Assembly (NCBI RefSeq): GCF_009914755.1
Contig: NC_060928.1
From: the human T2T-CHM13v2.0 reference genome, Homo sapiens
Direction: 5' to 3' (one strand)
Length of the DNA: 64,000 nucleotides
Of the stretch, positions 1-16,421 are shown one piece after another. The first letter of the stretch is position 1. Each line of letters begins with the position of its first letter. The notes under the pieces were generated by a model. It made no database searches and was not told the origin of the DNA. It saw nothing but the letters and a program-made list of their open reading frames with translations. The position numbers were made by a program, and so were the translations under genes.

Positions 1-3147
<3,147 letters not shown>

Positions 3148-3616
3148 GATCAAAAAAATTACATCAGGATTTTATTTTAGTGATTAAAGAAAATAAACAC
3201 CTAAAAAAAATCTTTTATTATTGACATTGAAGTCCCTTACAAGATGATGGTCAAATTCTCTTTGTCCCACCTAATTTCTAGTTTAAACTTGTCTCAGAAG
3301 GCTGTGAATTTTCTCATGTTGAATTATATTACTTTTCAATTTGAAAAGTTAGCTTTTCCCCTCTTTTACAGTGTCAGTTTTTCTAGAATATTTCTCTTTC
3401 CATAAGCTTTACCTTTAGATTCATGACTTAGGATCTAAATTTAGGATTATACTATTTTAAGCAGACTTTGTGTTTCTTTTACATTAAAAAAATCTTTTTC
3501 TAGCTTTTACCTATCTTTTGCCAAACTTTCTTTTGCAAATTTTGGATAGCAACCAAATGTTTTCTGTTTCCTTCAGCCTCAAGGTACATATTCAGTAAGT
3601 ATGTAATCACTATTAT

Positions 3617-3678
3617 ATACTAGTGTCTGTTAATTGTATTAACTAACATACTAGTGTCTGTTAATTGTATTAATTAAT
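3617..3678. repeat. 31-bp tandem duplication
   Basis: ATACTAGTGTCTGTTAATTGTATTAA(C/T)TAA occurs at 3617 and 3648. Confidence 0.9.
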
Positions 3679-4010
3679 GTGTGTACATTTCTTTTTATTA
3701 TAGATTCTAAAGCAAACTACTACACGTAGGCCATCATGTTCCAAGTTTTTGAAAGTTCATCTTTTTCATCTTGTTGATAAATTTCATCAACTTTTATGTA
3801 GGTAATTCAAATAGAAATTTGGGATAAATTGGACTGATTTTTTGGGATTATTGAGTATTTTTATTTCAGCTCGTTTTACAGCACTGAAAGCTGGAGTAAA
3901 AGACATTAGATATCCCTAGTCACTTGAGACTTCATTTTAAAAGCCAGTTGTACTGGCTTTGCCATGGCTTTGTCTTGGTTTTGATTTCTACCACATTTCC
4001 TCCTCTTCAG

Positions 4011-4055
4011 TGCTTCCTCAGCGGCGTGTACTTGAGTATGCGCACGTGCAAATGA
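4011..4055 (+). CDS. Candidate alternative last exon coding part (CFLSGVYLSMRTCK*)
   Basis: AG-free stretch 3948-4008, pyrimidine tract TTTCCTCCTCTTCAG, phase-0 frame to TGA 4053-4055, 4 CpGs, AATAAA at 4133-4138. Predicted from sequence only. Confidence 0.4.
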   Translation, partial: CFLSGVYLSMRTCK

Positions 4056-4234
4056 AAAAAACATGGATATATTTGTAGTACCTATTATGTCTTTCATGCT
4101 CATTCAAGAGAGATATATATATATATATTAGTAATAAAACTAAATTTTAAAAGCCTAAAAATTAGGACCCAGCCTTTTTATATAGACAAGATATGTCATG
4201 GAGTCAGATTCTATGAATATCCAGTGTGTAAAAT

Positions 4235-4264
4235 ACACACACACACACACAAACACACACACAC
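4235..4264. repeat. (CA)n microsatellite
   Basis: Direct reading; an A22 run also lies at 4564-4586. Confidence 0.9.
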
Positions 4265-4779
4265 GGAGTTCACATATCAAATGAATGATTTTAACAGTTT
4301 AAATAGAATATATTTTTAGATTGCTTGAACTGATAATATCATTGCTATCAAAAGGATTTCATGCCTTTTCAACATTTAGTTTTTGTTTGTTTGACATCTT
4401 CCAATTTTGTGTTTAACTCTATGTTGACTTTATCATTTTATTCCAAACTTACGCTCCAAAATGCATTGCTGATGATATTTATATTAGTAGGCATTCTGTG
4501 GAATTGTGCTTTTACAGGAAATACATTGGTAAATCTTAAGTAATCTTAAATTGTTTCCACAGTAAAAAAAAAAAAAAAAAAAAAAAAGGACTTAGTATGA
4601 ATCTGCAAGAAAATATAGACAAGGTGGACACCAAAAATAGTTTTATTTCCATCTGTAATTACTAGCTATGCAGCAAGTATAAAAATATATATTTGATATG
4701 TTTCCTTGAATATGTGATGTGGAGGCAGCAACACTATTTGTAAGCTTTTTAAAAGAGTTATAGTATCTTTGCAGAGATA

Positions 4780-5010
4780 CTGTACTAGGGTCTAGAGACC
4801 AATAAAAAAGGTTTTCATCTGGGCTGCTCCACTTACTATCTTGTGTGATATTTACCAACTGATATTAACAAAGTATCAGTTTGCTGTTTTTTATAAAAGG
4901 AACAAAAACACAGCTTTTGTATGTTCTGGAGAGGATTCATATAGATATATATTACTTGATACAGTGCCTGGCATATAACCTACATTCTACTAATGGCATC
5001 TATTATTAGT
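4780..5010 (+). mobile_element. MIR SINE (degenerate)
   Basis: 'CCACTTACTATCTTGTGTGA' and 'ACAGTGCCTGGCATATA' match the MIR core and 3' end. Confidence 0.65.
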
Positions 5011-8000
5011 AGTAATAATTAAAGTGGTAATGCTTACAGAAGGAAAGGGAATGTGAGTACAGTTAAGTACCCTTAATAAATTTATATATTTTATTAGGTT
5101 CATATATATTTATTTGTGTTACTGACTTTTATTATACAAATGTTATTGATTACTTTTAATCTCAGATGAAATAACTTGGAAACTTAGAGAAGAAAAATAT
5201 TTTTATTCATATAGCAATATTATATAACTCAAAACCTCCACATATTCAGGACTCAGATTACATGGAAATTTAACAATCAATGTAAATCACAAAATCTGTC
5301 ACTTTCATCTCATTTTAGTTTTACTTTTTTACATAATATGCTAGCCTTTTTTGCTTTTTCTAAGCACACATGTTTTATTAATCATAAATGTGAAAAAATA
5401 AGCGGTGTATTTTGTCATTGCTTGGAAAGGAAACTTAAAGACAATTAGGTATTTTGTCAGGGGCATAGATTTATTTATAAAATTTATCTACTACAAATTG
5501 AGTTGTTTTAATTCTTCACTATCCTTCTGAGAGAGATTAGAAGAAGGAATGACAATGTCTGCTTACATGGGAGAATACTGAAAGAAGGCCACCTTAAATC
5601 ACATGGTGTAAATTCATTGGTGGTCAAAGCTCAGCACACTTCCGCGGTTTGTCTTCTCCATATTGCTTCCTTCTGTATGGATGCATACATATATATCCAT
5701 TTTTATGTACAATATAAAGTGAAGGATGTATTTAAATAAGTTCCATCCTCATTCAGTTAAAATATTTTATGGTCTTTAATTATAAAATCATATTTTGAAA
5801 ATTGAGCTGACTCTCAAATCTTTTGGCATAGCATTCTATCCTTTCTGGCATAAACTTGAGTTACCACTCTAATCTCATTCCTCACATTGTCCCTTTAATT
5901 GACTCCCTTTAGGCAATTTTGAAGTAGTAGTTGTTTATGCATATCTTTGTCATAGTCTCTCTGACTTCTAAATATTTGCAATTACTATTGCCTTCTTAGA
6001 TTCCATATCACTCAGTTCCACTTCAAATTGGCTAATAGTAATTCATTTTTCTGGTCTTAGCTGGGATGTCAGTAGCTTCTACATTCCAAATTATTTAACT
6101 CTTTTGTACGTCCCCTCTCCAACATACCATTTCCATACACACACACCTCGGGCTCTCTCCGTGGTAACTGTATTTTACCTATAGAATGCGAATTGTCTTA
6201 TTTTTCTGACTCACAGTGGAAGTGTCTTCATAGAAAGGGATATATTTTCTTTTTTTCCCTTAGTGTCCCCTCCCCTCTAAGCAATAACCATAATATGCAT
6301 TTAATAAAAAGTTATAAAATACAAATATATTCCTATCATGAAGGTGAAATTTCTGTATACTGAAATAAACTGATAATAATTTTAGTCAAGACTTTAATCA
6401 TTATATCAAATCAATGTGAAACTGAAAATACATGATGATACTTTGTTTCTATATCTCTGATAAAATATATATATTTATGAAATTAATATAGATAGATTTA
6501 TTGTATAAGAAATCAAAATTATCTGCAATTCTACCCTCTAGTAATAGCTACTTTTGTGGTACATTTTCTGTTTAATTATCTATAAAACTCTTTTTGTACA
6601 TATTAAATTTATCAATCTATAAATTTCCATCTACCATTTAGAAATACAAGAGCTCCATCAAGAATCATCTCCTGAAAGCTATGTATTCTTTCTTTAATCT
6701 TCTAAGTGTATGTGATAGACATTTGTCATAAACTTTCATATGTTTACGGCCTTCTATTAAGCTAAAAATATTTAATTCTTAATTATTGTACCTAAGTCTA
6801 TAGGAAACTTAGATTTTATTCTCTACATCTGAATATGGCACACGTGCATACGTAATACCATAATAAATAATTCAAACACATCATTTGTTGTGATTAATGC
6901 CTACAAGAGGGAGTAACAATGACATCCCTTGAAATGTCTGTGTTTTATTTAAGTTCCAAAGATAACTGTTCCTTATTTAAAGTTTTTATTTGTTTGTTTG
7001 TTCTTGTTTTGGTTAGTATATTGGTTAATAAAGTTGTTTGGAATTTTATTTATCATTATTTGAATTTTCTAAGTCTTATAACTCAGAGCAGTAATCCAGA
7101 AGTTACCAACAATTTCCAACTCCTATTCTCAGGATGAAAGCCCTTGAAATAGAAATGTGAGCTGTGGCATAATGGAAGCATTTGGCAGCTATTTTCCCCT
7201 GCTCTATACATGAGTGCATAGACTCTAATTCATACAAAAAAGTTTATATAATTACCGATTTGCAACAAAATTTACTTTTCATGTACTTATGATTCTAATC
7301 TATCTCAAAAGTAGATAATCAAACTTTTGTAAATAACCTTTCAATGATGGACAATGTTATTGCTCCTTTACCTATTACTACCTCTCCCTGTTCTTTTCTT
7401 CATCCCAATCAATATGTCTAGATAAATACATTTTTTTCTCATTTGAAATTTAGTTTGGAAAATGCAGCCACATTTTTACTTATCTTTTTCAAATAATTAA
7501 AAACTTCTACCTCACTCATGTAACATCTTCCTGCATGATCTAATCTGCATCTAATTTTTCTCTGACTAGCAGCACTAGATGTTTTGTGATTAGGGAAGTC
7601 AGAAGTGATGAGACTTTAATAGAACATAAAATATTTCTTTTCTATATTTCAGTAAGTTAAACTAAATTATATTTACCTAAATTATGTACGTACTTTGATA
7701 AACATCTCAGATAATCTTGAAAATACCAAGCAGCAATGAAGGAAAGTGTGAGGGAATAGGGAGGGAGGGGAAAAGGAGAAGAGGGAAGGGGAAGGAACAG
7801 GAAAGGAAGGGAGGTGAGGATGGAAGAGTTTTGTGTAACTGGAATTCTTGAGAGTGAGGTTCTTGATAACCATTGTCAATCCTGGGAAAGGAAGAATTAA
7901 ATCACAGTCCTTTATCGTTTGGGTATTATATAACTATCTTATTAACCATTCAAAAGAAAAGAAAATGATAGACATTCTGCTTTAAAGCAAGTGGAAAGCA

Positions 8001-8843
8001 CAGTCTCATGGAATCCCATGAATTTCTTTGAAAACTGTCTCAAGTTACTTAAACTTCCTAAATTGTATTGTTTTTATTTAACATGAGTGGTATTTACAGT
8101 ACATATTTGAAGATAAAATGTGATCAAGTGAGTACAACACTCTCAGCTGTGAGAGGCATTTAGTAAATACATTACATAATAATTAAACTCAAGATCTCAT
8201 TTTAAGTGACACATTTAGGAATGAGAAGGGAAGGTCCCAGAAAAAAGCACAGTCAGATTAGTTTACTCAGAAATCGTAGTTTCGCATTTGAAATATGAAA
8301 TCCCAACCTAGTTCGTGTATTACTTCCCTTCCCTAGTTATCACAGGGTCGGATTTGTGTCAGTCTCTTAAGGTAAACATTCCTAAATGTGTAGAGGTTTT
8401 TGGAAAGAAGAAGCATGACAAAATTAAAACAAACTGAATAGAATCCATTGGGTCTTTTATTAAGAATATTTTTTATTTCAAATGTAAGTGTTCTGAAACT
8501 GGATCAGCAAAATAATAGCAACTAAGTTATTTAAAAAGATAACAGGAAACAAAGCATAGACATTTGGTCTTGGATTTAAGCACATTATGACTCTACTGTT
8601 GAACTGTGGTTCTGACTCAGTGACGCCTACAGTAGAAGAAAAGATGCTTAAGGTGGGACAGTTGTGACCTAAAAATTAAAGCTCTAAATATTTAAGCTTA
8701 TTTTAAGAGCACTAACACAGCAAAGCATATGCACAGAGAAGAACATGAATTATACACTAATCAAATTTTAATAAGTGGAGAATATTAGTGTAGAAGTACA
8801 CACCTCACCAACAATGTGTTGTTGCTGTTTTTTCATTTTGCAG

Positions 8844-8921
8844 GGAAAAGTCCGGCATTTACAGAAGGCTTTTGCTTCAAGAGTAGATAAATCCACACAG
8901 ACTGAACTACTATGCTATGAT
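8844..8921 (+). CDS. CCSER1: Internal coding exon (78 nt, phase 0/0) of CCSER1 (coiled-coil serine-rich protein 1, FAM190A): GKVRHLQKAFASRVDKSTQTELLCYD
   Basis: Acceptor TGTTTTTTCATTTTGCAG ends at 8843 and the consensus donor is GAT|GTAAGT at 8922. There are 26 open codons. The peptide is recognised from memory as the CCSER1 region after the coiled coil. A very long, exon-poor, AT-rich intron fits this giant gene. Confidence 0.85.
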
Positions 8922-10156
8922 GTAAGTAGCTCTGTAAAACCATTTTTAACTTCATTATTGGCATTCAGACCTCCACAGCTTATTGACCTCTGCGGCTGCT
9001 GTGTCCATGCATTGATTTAACAGGATTTAGCGGTGCACCATTCATCTTTTGCTCTTAAACAATCCCCAAATACCTCCTGGAACTAAAAAAGATGATTACA
9101 GGCACCAACTGGCATACCAATGCCTTATTAATTTTTTTACATCAACAATTTTGGTACAGTCTTTTGAATTAGTGTATTTGCAGACATGTAGAAGATATGC
9201 ATTAGAAGACTAGGGCAATTTATTTTTTAAGAAAATATTTATTTATTAACAGTTTAATAAAGTTACTATGTTTGTAATCACCAAAGGTGAAGCACATCAT
9301 TTTTATATGCAGACACTTAAAGGCAAAAACAACTTTGAAGAAAAATTTAAAATAATGTTTTAGCTCTTGGGCTTCAGTGCAGGCAGCAGAAAGTAATTTA
9401 ATTGAAAGTATTTTTCTGTTAGTGCGAAATACTTGTTGAACTGTCAAAATAGGATTGTAAAACATGTTTTAATACAGTATTACATCTAGTAACACTGGAT
9501 GATTTGGGAAAACATTGATATAAATGCTCATTTTTTTCTTAAACACAGCTAAGAAATTTGCATTTTGCCTAAGTTCATGACTTTCAACTTCCTCTTGATG
9601 AAAAAATAAAGGAATTAATTTGATCTTGTAGCTAACATGTATGAGGACCCCCTCTTCTATTTAAAAACATTTATTCTTATTTTTAGCACTTTGCTGATAA
9701 GTAGAAATAAAATAGAAATAATTTTAAGTTTTATGATGATGAATAATGATAAATTATATGTTTATCTGCATGGTCTCATTATGTTAAATAACAAACTTGG
9801 ATGCTACTTTTGTGTTGCCGTGCAAATTACATTAATTTAATATAAAACTACTTTTCTTTTAGGAAATAAACCAAAGCTTTGAATCACTGCACAAATTGTT
9901 TTCAAGTGTTTATATACCTTATTTTCTTAATTAAAAACAACACTAAAAAATATGAATTAAAAATTATTCAATTATGTTTATTTTAAGGTATATTTACTCT
10001 AGATATCTAAATTCTAGATCTCAATTTTGTAACTGAAATGCTTCTAGCAGTGTTGTATGTTACTTAAATTATGTTGACATCTATTTTTAAAAAGAAATAA
10101 TTTTATGGTCCTTAAAGAGTATTTACCACAAGTAGTTCAATATTGGTCTTTTGTGA

Positions 10157-10531
<375 letters not shown>

Positions 10532-12684
10532 TAGTCCTTAGGATATAAACCCAATATGTGTTTTACAAATAACAACCTTTGTATCTATAAATCTGCAAGA
10601 CAGAGAGTTTGTTCAATATGAGTAATAAAATCATAATTTTCATTAAATCTTATTCTAATATAACATCATACAACACAGGGACTACAAGTTAAATTAGAAT
10701 CCACTTACTTCAAGCCCCCAAATTTTTAAATAAGTTAACTGAATTTCAGAAAAATGAAGTCACTTTTTTACTACTACATGACGTTTGTTGGGAGTCTAGT
10801 CTTTTATTTAAGGTAATGTGCTTGGAAAAGAGAAAACAAATATACATTTGGATTCAAATTTTCAATTTTATTTAAAGAAACAATGTTTGGGAGACAGAAT
10901 TCTAACTTTTTAAATGACAATATAAATATAAAATGTAAGACTTTTATGTAATACCATCAATTTTATGTGACACTATTAGTGATTGCTTGTGAGAATTGGT
11001 TACTGAGGAATGAACGACACCTCTGGGGAAATGACTTATCTGTGGATAGTTATTCTAACACCATAGTTACCAGCAGCCTCTTACGTATTTGCCTATCCAT
11101 GCCTCATAATTTTCTAATTTCTATGATATTTCTTATATCAATGTCATTTAGTTCTCTAAGCATGAAAATAAAAATGTAAAATGAAGCCATGGTAATTGTT
11201 AATCCTCATTAAATCTTCAATGTTCCTAGCTTGTTTCGTATGTTACAGTGATAGTTTAATGCATCTTACTGTATTGAATTAAGGTTAAAGAATAATACTT
11301 TTTTTGACAATGAGTCCCTAAAGAATCCCCTTCATATGAGCAAATTAAATTTCTAAAATATGCATGTAAAAACTTATGAAAGTAACTAGATGTAACTGTA
11401 ATACTAAACTTTAGGGCATCTTGCATGTGAAAAACTGGGGATGGAAATACTTAAACAAATCAAAAATAAGTAAAACACTTTCAGTATCATAAACTACATA
11501 ACTGGAAATATATGATTCATAAACTGTACAATTTCTCCCATGACCAGGATATATTTTCAATATTTATTTGTAAATATTTTTTAATATTTTATATGCAATA
11601 ATAATCATTTATTCTTCAATTTATAGTATTTTGTTCTGTTTCACCCTCAGGAAATATAGTTTCACCTTATTTTAACTTTCAAAAATATTTTATAAACACA
11701 TGTATCTATTTATAACTTGCAAATTGTGTTTATTCAAAAACAAGAAACATCTCGTGGAAATCTTGTACATTATGGATGTTTCTTATACTCTTTTGTTTTC
11801 TTCTTAAAGCTGCCAACATTAGCCACAAATTGTTCTTTACAGATTATTATGGATCATGTTTTATTGGTATGAGTATCAGAATATATGATACTACATGTCA
11901 TCATTAATATAATTTCCTTGGGAAAATAGCTGTTGCTACACATTTTGCTTAAGATAAGAAATAGAATTCCCAGAAAACATTAATTATAATAAAATCTATT
12001 AAAAATTCACTGCCATGAATAAGTTTAAAGATTTGTACAATAAACTACTTTTATCCTGCACCAGATTTGTCAGGAGACATGAAACTAATGTTAGTTTACA
12101 ATGTGCTCTGACTTCTAACGCACATGGCAAGACTTAAAAAAAAAATTCAGAGTGTCTCAGCACAGGCCTATAAACACCATAGTTTTTGTGATGAGGGAGA
12201 TTGTTAAATAAATGATGAATGTGTCTTAAATAATCAATGCCAATTTAACCTCTTCCACGTTCCTCTGTCTGCACAGGCTTAGTTTATTGAAAGATCAAAG
12301 AATAATTTCTTAGGTGTCACTGTGTTATTAAAACAGGATAGAAGATGAATAGATGTAGTTAAGTAGCATTGCTGCCCATTTCAAGATTACATTGAGGGGT
12401 AGGGAAGTTTTTTATCTAATTACATCAAATGTATAAACAGATGTTTCAATGTAGTATATATGCTGTCTGTAAATATTTTATAGCTTGAACTACTACAAAT
12501 AGCATTTTGATTACAATATTTGAGAATGCATAATCAAAATATTCTAAAGATCTTATATTCTGACAGTGAGAAATTCAGATACTTTCATTAATTTGACATC
12601 TTTATGGACAGCTTATGTCCTGAAGAAGATTGTTTTTGAAAATGTGACAGGTTGATTGACTTTAAGTTCAAGTTTTCTTTTCAG

Positions 12685-12711
12685 ATAATGCCTGAAATTG
12701 ACACAGAATAG
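12685..12711 (+). CDS. Candidate alternative last exon coding part (IMPEIDTE*)
   Basis: Acceptor TTTTCTTTTCAG at 12684, branch-like TTGAC 12656-12660, phase-0 frame to TAG 12709-12711, TGTA plus AATAAA at 12995-13000 followed by U-rich sequence. Confidence 0.3.
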   Translation: MMPEIDTE

Positions 12712-13851
12712 TCAGAGGATTTAAAAATTTCTCTGAGCCACAAATGCACTAAAGTTTTAAGTAAAGCAGTTTCTTCCTTCATTAGCATGTGTTTTACACT
12801 AACATTTAATAAGAAGCCATTTTTAGTCTTGAACTTGGCAGTGTTTTCTTTAAGACTTCTGATGTTATCAGGTATTTCATTAAATATTAAATTATTATTA
12901 ATTACTGTTAGTTTAAATATCATTAGGGGTTTCAATTTGGCTTCTTAAAATGGACTGAACTGTGGCATCACGTATTTTGTCTCATTCATGTATGAATAAA
13001 GCATAAATCAGTTTGTTAATGGATGCTCATACCACTGTTTATTTTTTCAAATATTTTAACACACTTTCCAAATGGTGGGATTTGCTTTATAAATACAGTT
13101 TTCTACTTACACATGAGGAAAATAATATTATTTGCATTATGGATGTACACTTTGAAAAACTTTTCAATGCAATTATCTGTGTATTTCACAATCTCTGGTA
13201 CTTTTCTCAGATTTAATTTTGGTGGTGCTCCTGGCGCAGTTTGCAGATAGTCCTAAAAAATATGAAAATAGTTCATCATGCTGTATTCATGTTAGGAATA
13301 AGAATGATTAGTTTTTACTGTAATTGTTTTATTAGATAGAGCAGAAGTGTTTTTTGTGCTTGTGCTAATGTATTATGTCTGCCTGTGGATTAAGCCCTGT
13401 TCTAAGAATTGAATAACTATCAATTAGGCTTTCTCATCATGCTGCTAATATACTGTAGTTTATTAAAGTTTCTGTTTTGCTCTTATTTATTACTTCTATC
13501 TTCTTAAATTCAGTACTTCTCCTGATCATGTATGAATGTGCTCTGGCATTTATTAGAAAAAAGTGACTCCCCCGCACATGCTTCATGTATTTATATTTAC
13601 TTATCTCAAATATTTCTGTTTATTTTTACAAATTAAAAAACATTTAGTTTTAAAAATTGAGTTATATATTCCAGGTTTGCTTATGGGCTATAATTTTTCC
13701 CATTACATTAAAGATAACTTTTAGATAAGAACATTGTTTAAAAACATCTATCATGTTTAAAAACATGATTATCTGCCACGGGTGCTTATTAACATGTAAT
13801 GGAGTCACATCTTATCCAGTGGTAATGTTCTAAGGGCATCACTTTTGAAAA

Positions 13852-14190
13852 TTTATTCATGCTTTCATTCAACAAATATGACTAAGTCCCCTCTAGCAGC
13901 CAGCTCCATTCTAGGTCCTTGGAATATATCCTTTAACCAAACAAAAAATATTCCTGCATGGAGCTTGCAACTGGTGAGGGCATACTTAAAAATCAATAAG
14001 CTAAGTAAATAAGCAAATTATATAATGCATTTGAAGGTGCTGAAAGCAATGTGAAAAATAAAAATAGCACAGAGAAAGAATAATTCTAAGTGTATAGTGG
14101 GAGGGTCAAGACTATGATCAGAAATTTTAAATAGGGTGATCTAGGGAGGTCTGAGTTTGAGATTTGAGACTTAAAGAAGGTGAGGTGAAA
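13852..14190 (-). mobile_element. L2 LINE 3' fragment
   Basis: 'TTCATTCAACAAATATGACTAAG...CATTCTAGGTCCTTGGAATAT...CATGGAGCTTGCA' is the reverse complement of the L2 3' end. Confidence 0.7.
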
Positions 14191-15199
14191 ATCGTGTTTA
14201 ATCAAAAATTCCTTTGTGATGTGCTTCTTGAAAATTCCTTGACGTCCCTTCAGTCAGTAAGAACTAAGCACTTTGTCATTGCTGGAGCCCTAGATAAGAA
14301 TAGCTTCATTTACACATCATGTAGTATAAAAATTATATTCTAGATTATAAAATCTAGATTCAGGCTCAGTACATCAAGAGACTCACACTAGAGGAATACG
14401 GTCTACCTGAGGGAACAGCCGACGCAACTTCTATATCATATTCATCTAGCATAAGCACTGAGAAGAAATCTGCGTAAAATCAACCACACAGTATTAATTA
14501 CATTTGCTTCTCCTCTTTCTGTTTGTTGCTTGCATTCACCCTACCCTCTTTTTTCCCTGAACACTATTCTTCTTCCAGAGCAGAGTTGGATTTATATGCT
14601 TTAAATGTATAATTAGACCTCATTGTATATCAGCGTATCCGATTTATCAGAGGTGTGCTGGTGAAACTAAACAAATTTAGAAAGCACTCAATGATTACTT
14701 GGTGAAAAAAAATTAACTAAAAGCCACTAATTTTTTATAATTCTAAAAATTTATAACAAATTAATATGCATTGTTTCATTCACAAAACATACAGGTATGG
14801 ATATTGCTATATACTATATTATTTTCTATAGTACTTTTTTATATCCAACAAGTATTTAAAAATTACTGCGTTATGCCTTTTAGAATGAAGTATTAAACTC
14901 AAATCAGCATAGACAACTAGTAATGTCTAAACATAAGTGCCAACATGCAGTTGTTTTTATAGTGTGGCACTGAATGATTCTTTTTAAAATCTTGAATCTT
15001 TGCTTAGGAGCCAGATCCCCCTGGACTGCCACCAGGTCTTTAATTCTGCAGTGACTACATAGAATTAGTATCAGTGAACCAAAAGCCCTTTTGTTAAGAG
15101 AATGTGTGGTTGAGATCGTTATGAGGAAAACAGCAAGGCTAGATGTCATCTATGAAAGTTCTTATAATTATAAAAATATTCATTAAGATGAAACAGCAC

Positions 15200-15510
15200 A
15201 CGAGGATGGGGAGAGAATGAGTTGTTGCTGGTCCAAGGTTATAAAGCTTGAGTTGCAGATGAAATAAATTTTGAGATCTGCTGTACAGCAGGGTGACTAT
15301 AATTAATGATAATGTATTATGTATTTCAAAATAACTAAATTTCAAATGTCTCACTACAAAAAAAGATAAGTAATGGGATGGTTGATGTGTTAATTTGTTT
15401 GATTTAATCATTCCACATTGTATACATATATCAATATCAAAATATCACATTGTATGCCATAAATGTATACAATTTGTCAGTTAAAAATAATGTTAACTTA
15501 AAAAAATTGA
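15200..15510 (+). mobile_element. L1MA 3' end fragment
   Basis: 'GAGATCTGCTGTACAGCAGGGTGACTATAATTAATGATAATGTATT...TTGATTTAATCATTCCACATTGTATACATAT' is typical L1MA 3'UTR. Confidence 0.85.
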
Positions 15511-15793
15511 AAAGAGTACACACGCAGGAGGTTTTATATAGTTTAAAATAGTAATAATAGATATCATATTTGCTGAAAATTATGTTGTGGTAGTGTTGAT
15601 AAAAGAGAAGAAAAATACATATTTGTTGAATGGAAAATTTCTCCCTGTCCACTTCTACTTCCAACTCATAGATTGCTACCTTTATAGGAAATCTAAATTT
15701 AATTTCAAATTTTTCTAATATTTTTCCTAGACTGCCTTAGGAGTCTCTTAGAGTATCTAGTGTACTAAGTGAGATTATATAATAAGAAGTCCT

Positions 15794-16113
15794 GGCTGGG
15801 CAGGGTGGCTCACGCCTGTAATCCCAGCACTTTGGGAGGCTGAGGCAGGCGGATCACGAGGTCAGGAGATCGAGGCCATCCTGGCTAACACGGTGAAACC
15901 CCATCTCTACTAAAAATTTAAAAAAAAAATTAGCCAGGCGTAGGTGGTGCACGCCTGTAGTCCCAGCTACTTGCTACTCAGAGACTGAGGCAGGAGAATG
16001 GTGTAAAACCAGGGAGGCGTAGCTTGCAGTGAGCCGAGATCGTGCCACTGCACTCCAGCCTGGGAGACAGAGAGAGACTCTGTCTCAAAAAAAAGAAAAA
16101 GGAAAAGAAAAAA
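15794..16113 (+). mobile_element. AluY-type SINE
   Basis: Diagnostic 'GATCACGAGGTCAGGAGATCGAG..CATCCTGGCTAACACGGTG'; A-rich tail; TSD ending AAGTCCT. Confidence 0.95.
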
Positions 16114-16379
16114 AAAGTCCTTACAGAAAGAATTTTTACCACCCTTTGGAAGGAAACACCAAGTATAAGCTTGAAGTATCTCTCATTATCTGTTTACAAA
16201 GCATCAATCAATTGCAGCTAATTATTATAATCTGTATGAAGCTAAGTTCTATGACTTAGTTCAGGTACTTGTTTAAAGTAAATTTTTGTGGACTTATATT
16301 AATTTATTTCTATCAAAAACATTGCTTTCCTTTGATGTGGTCTACAATCAGGAAAAATTTGCAAAAGGAAATTTATCCT

Positions 16380-16385
<6 letters not shown>

Positions 16386-16421
<36 letters not shown>

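Noticed and set aside
8775-9020. 81-aa ORF as a stand-alone gene
   Set aside because: It starts at GTG and runs through a polypyrimidine tract; only 8844-8921 is bounded by splice sites.
14339-14358. Inverted repeat TCTAGATT-ATAA-AATCTAGA
   Set aside because: 8-bp arms are expected by chance in 64 kb of AT-rich DNA.
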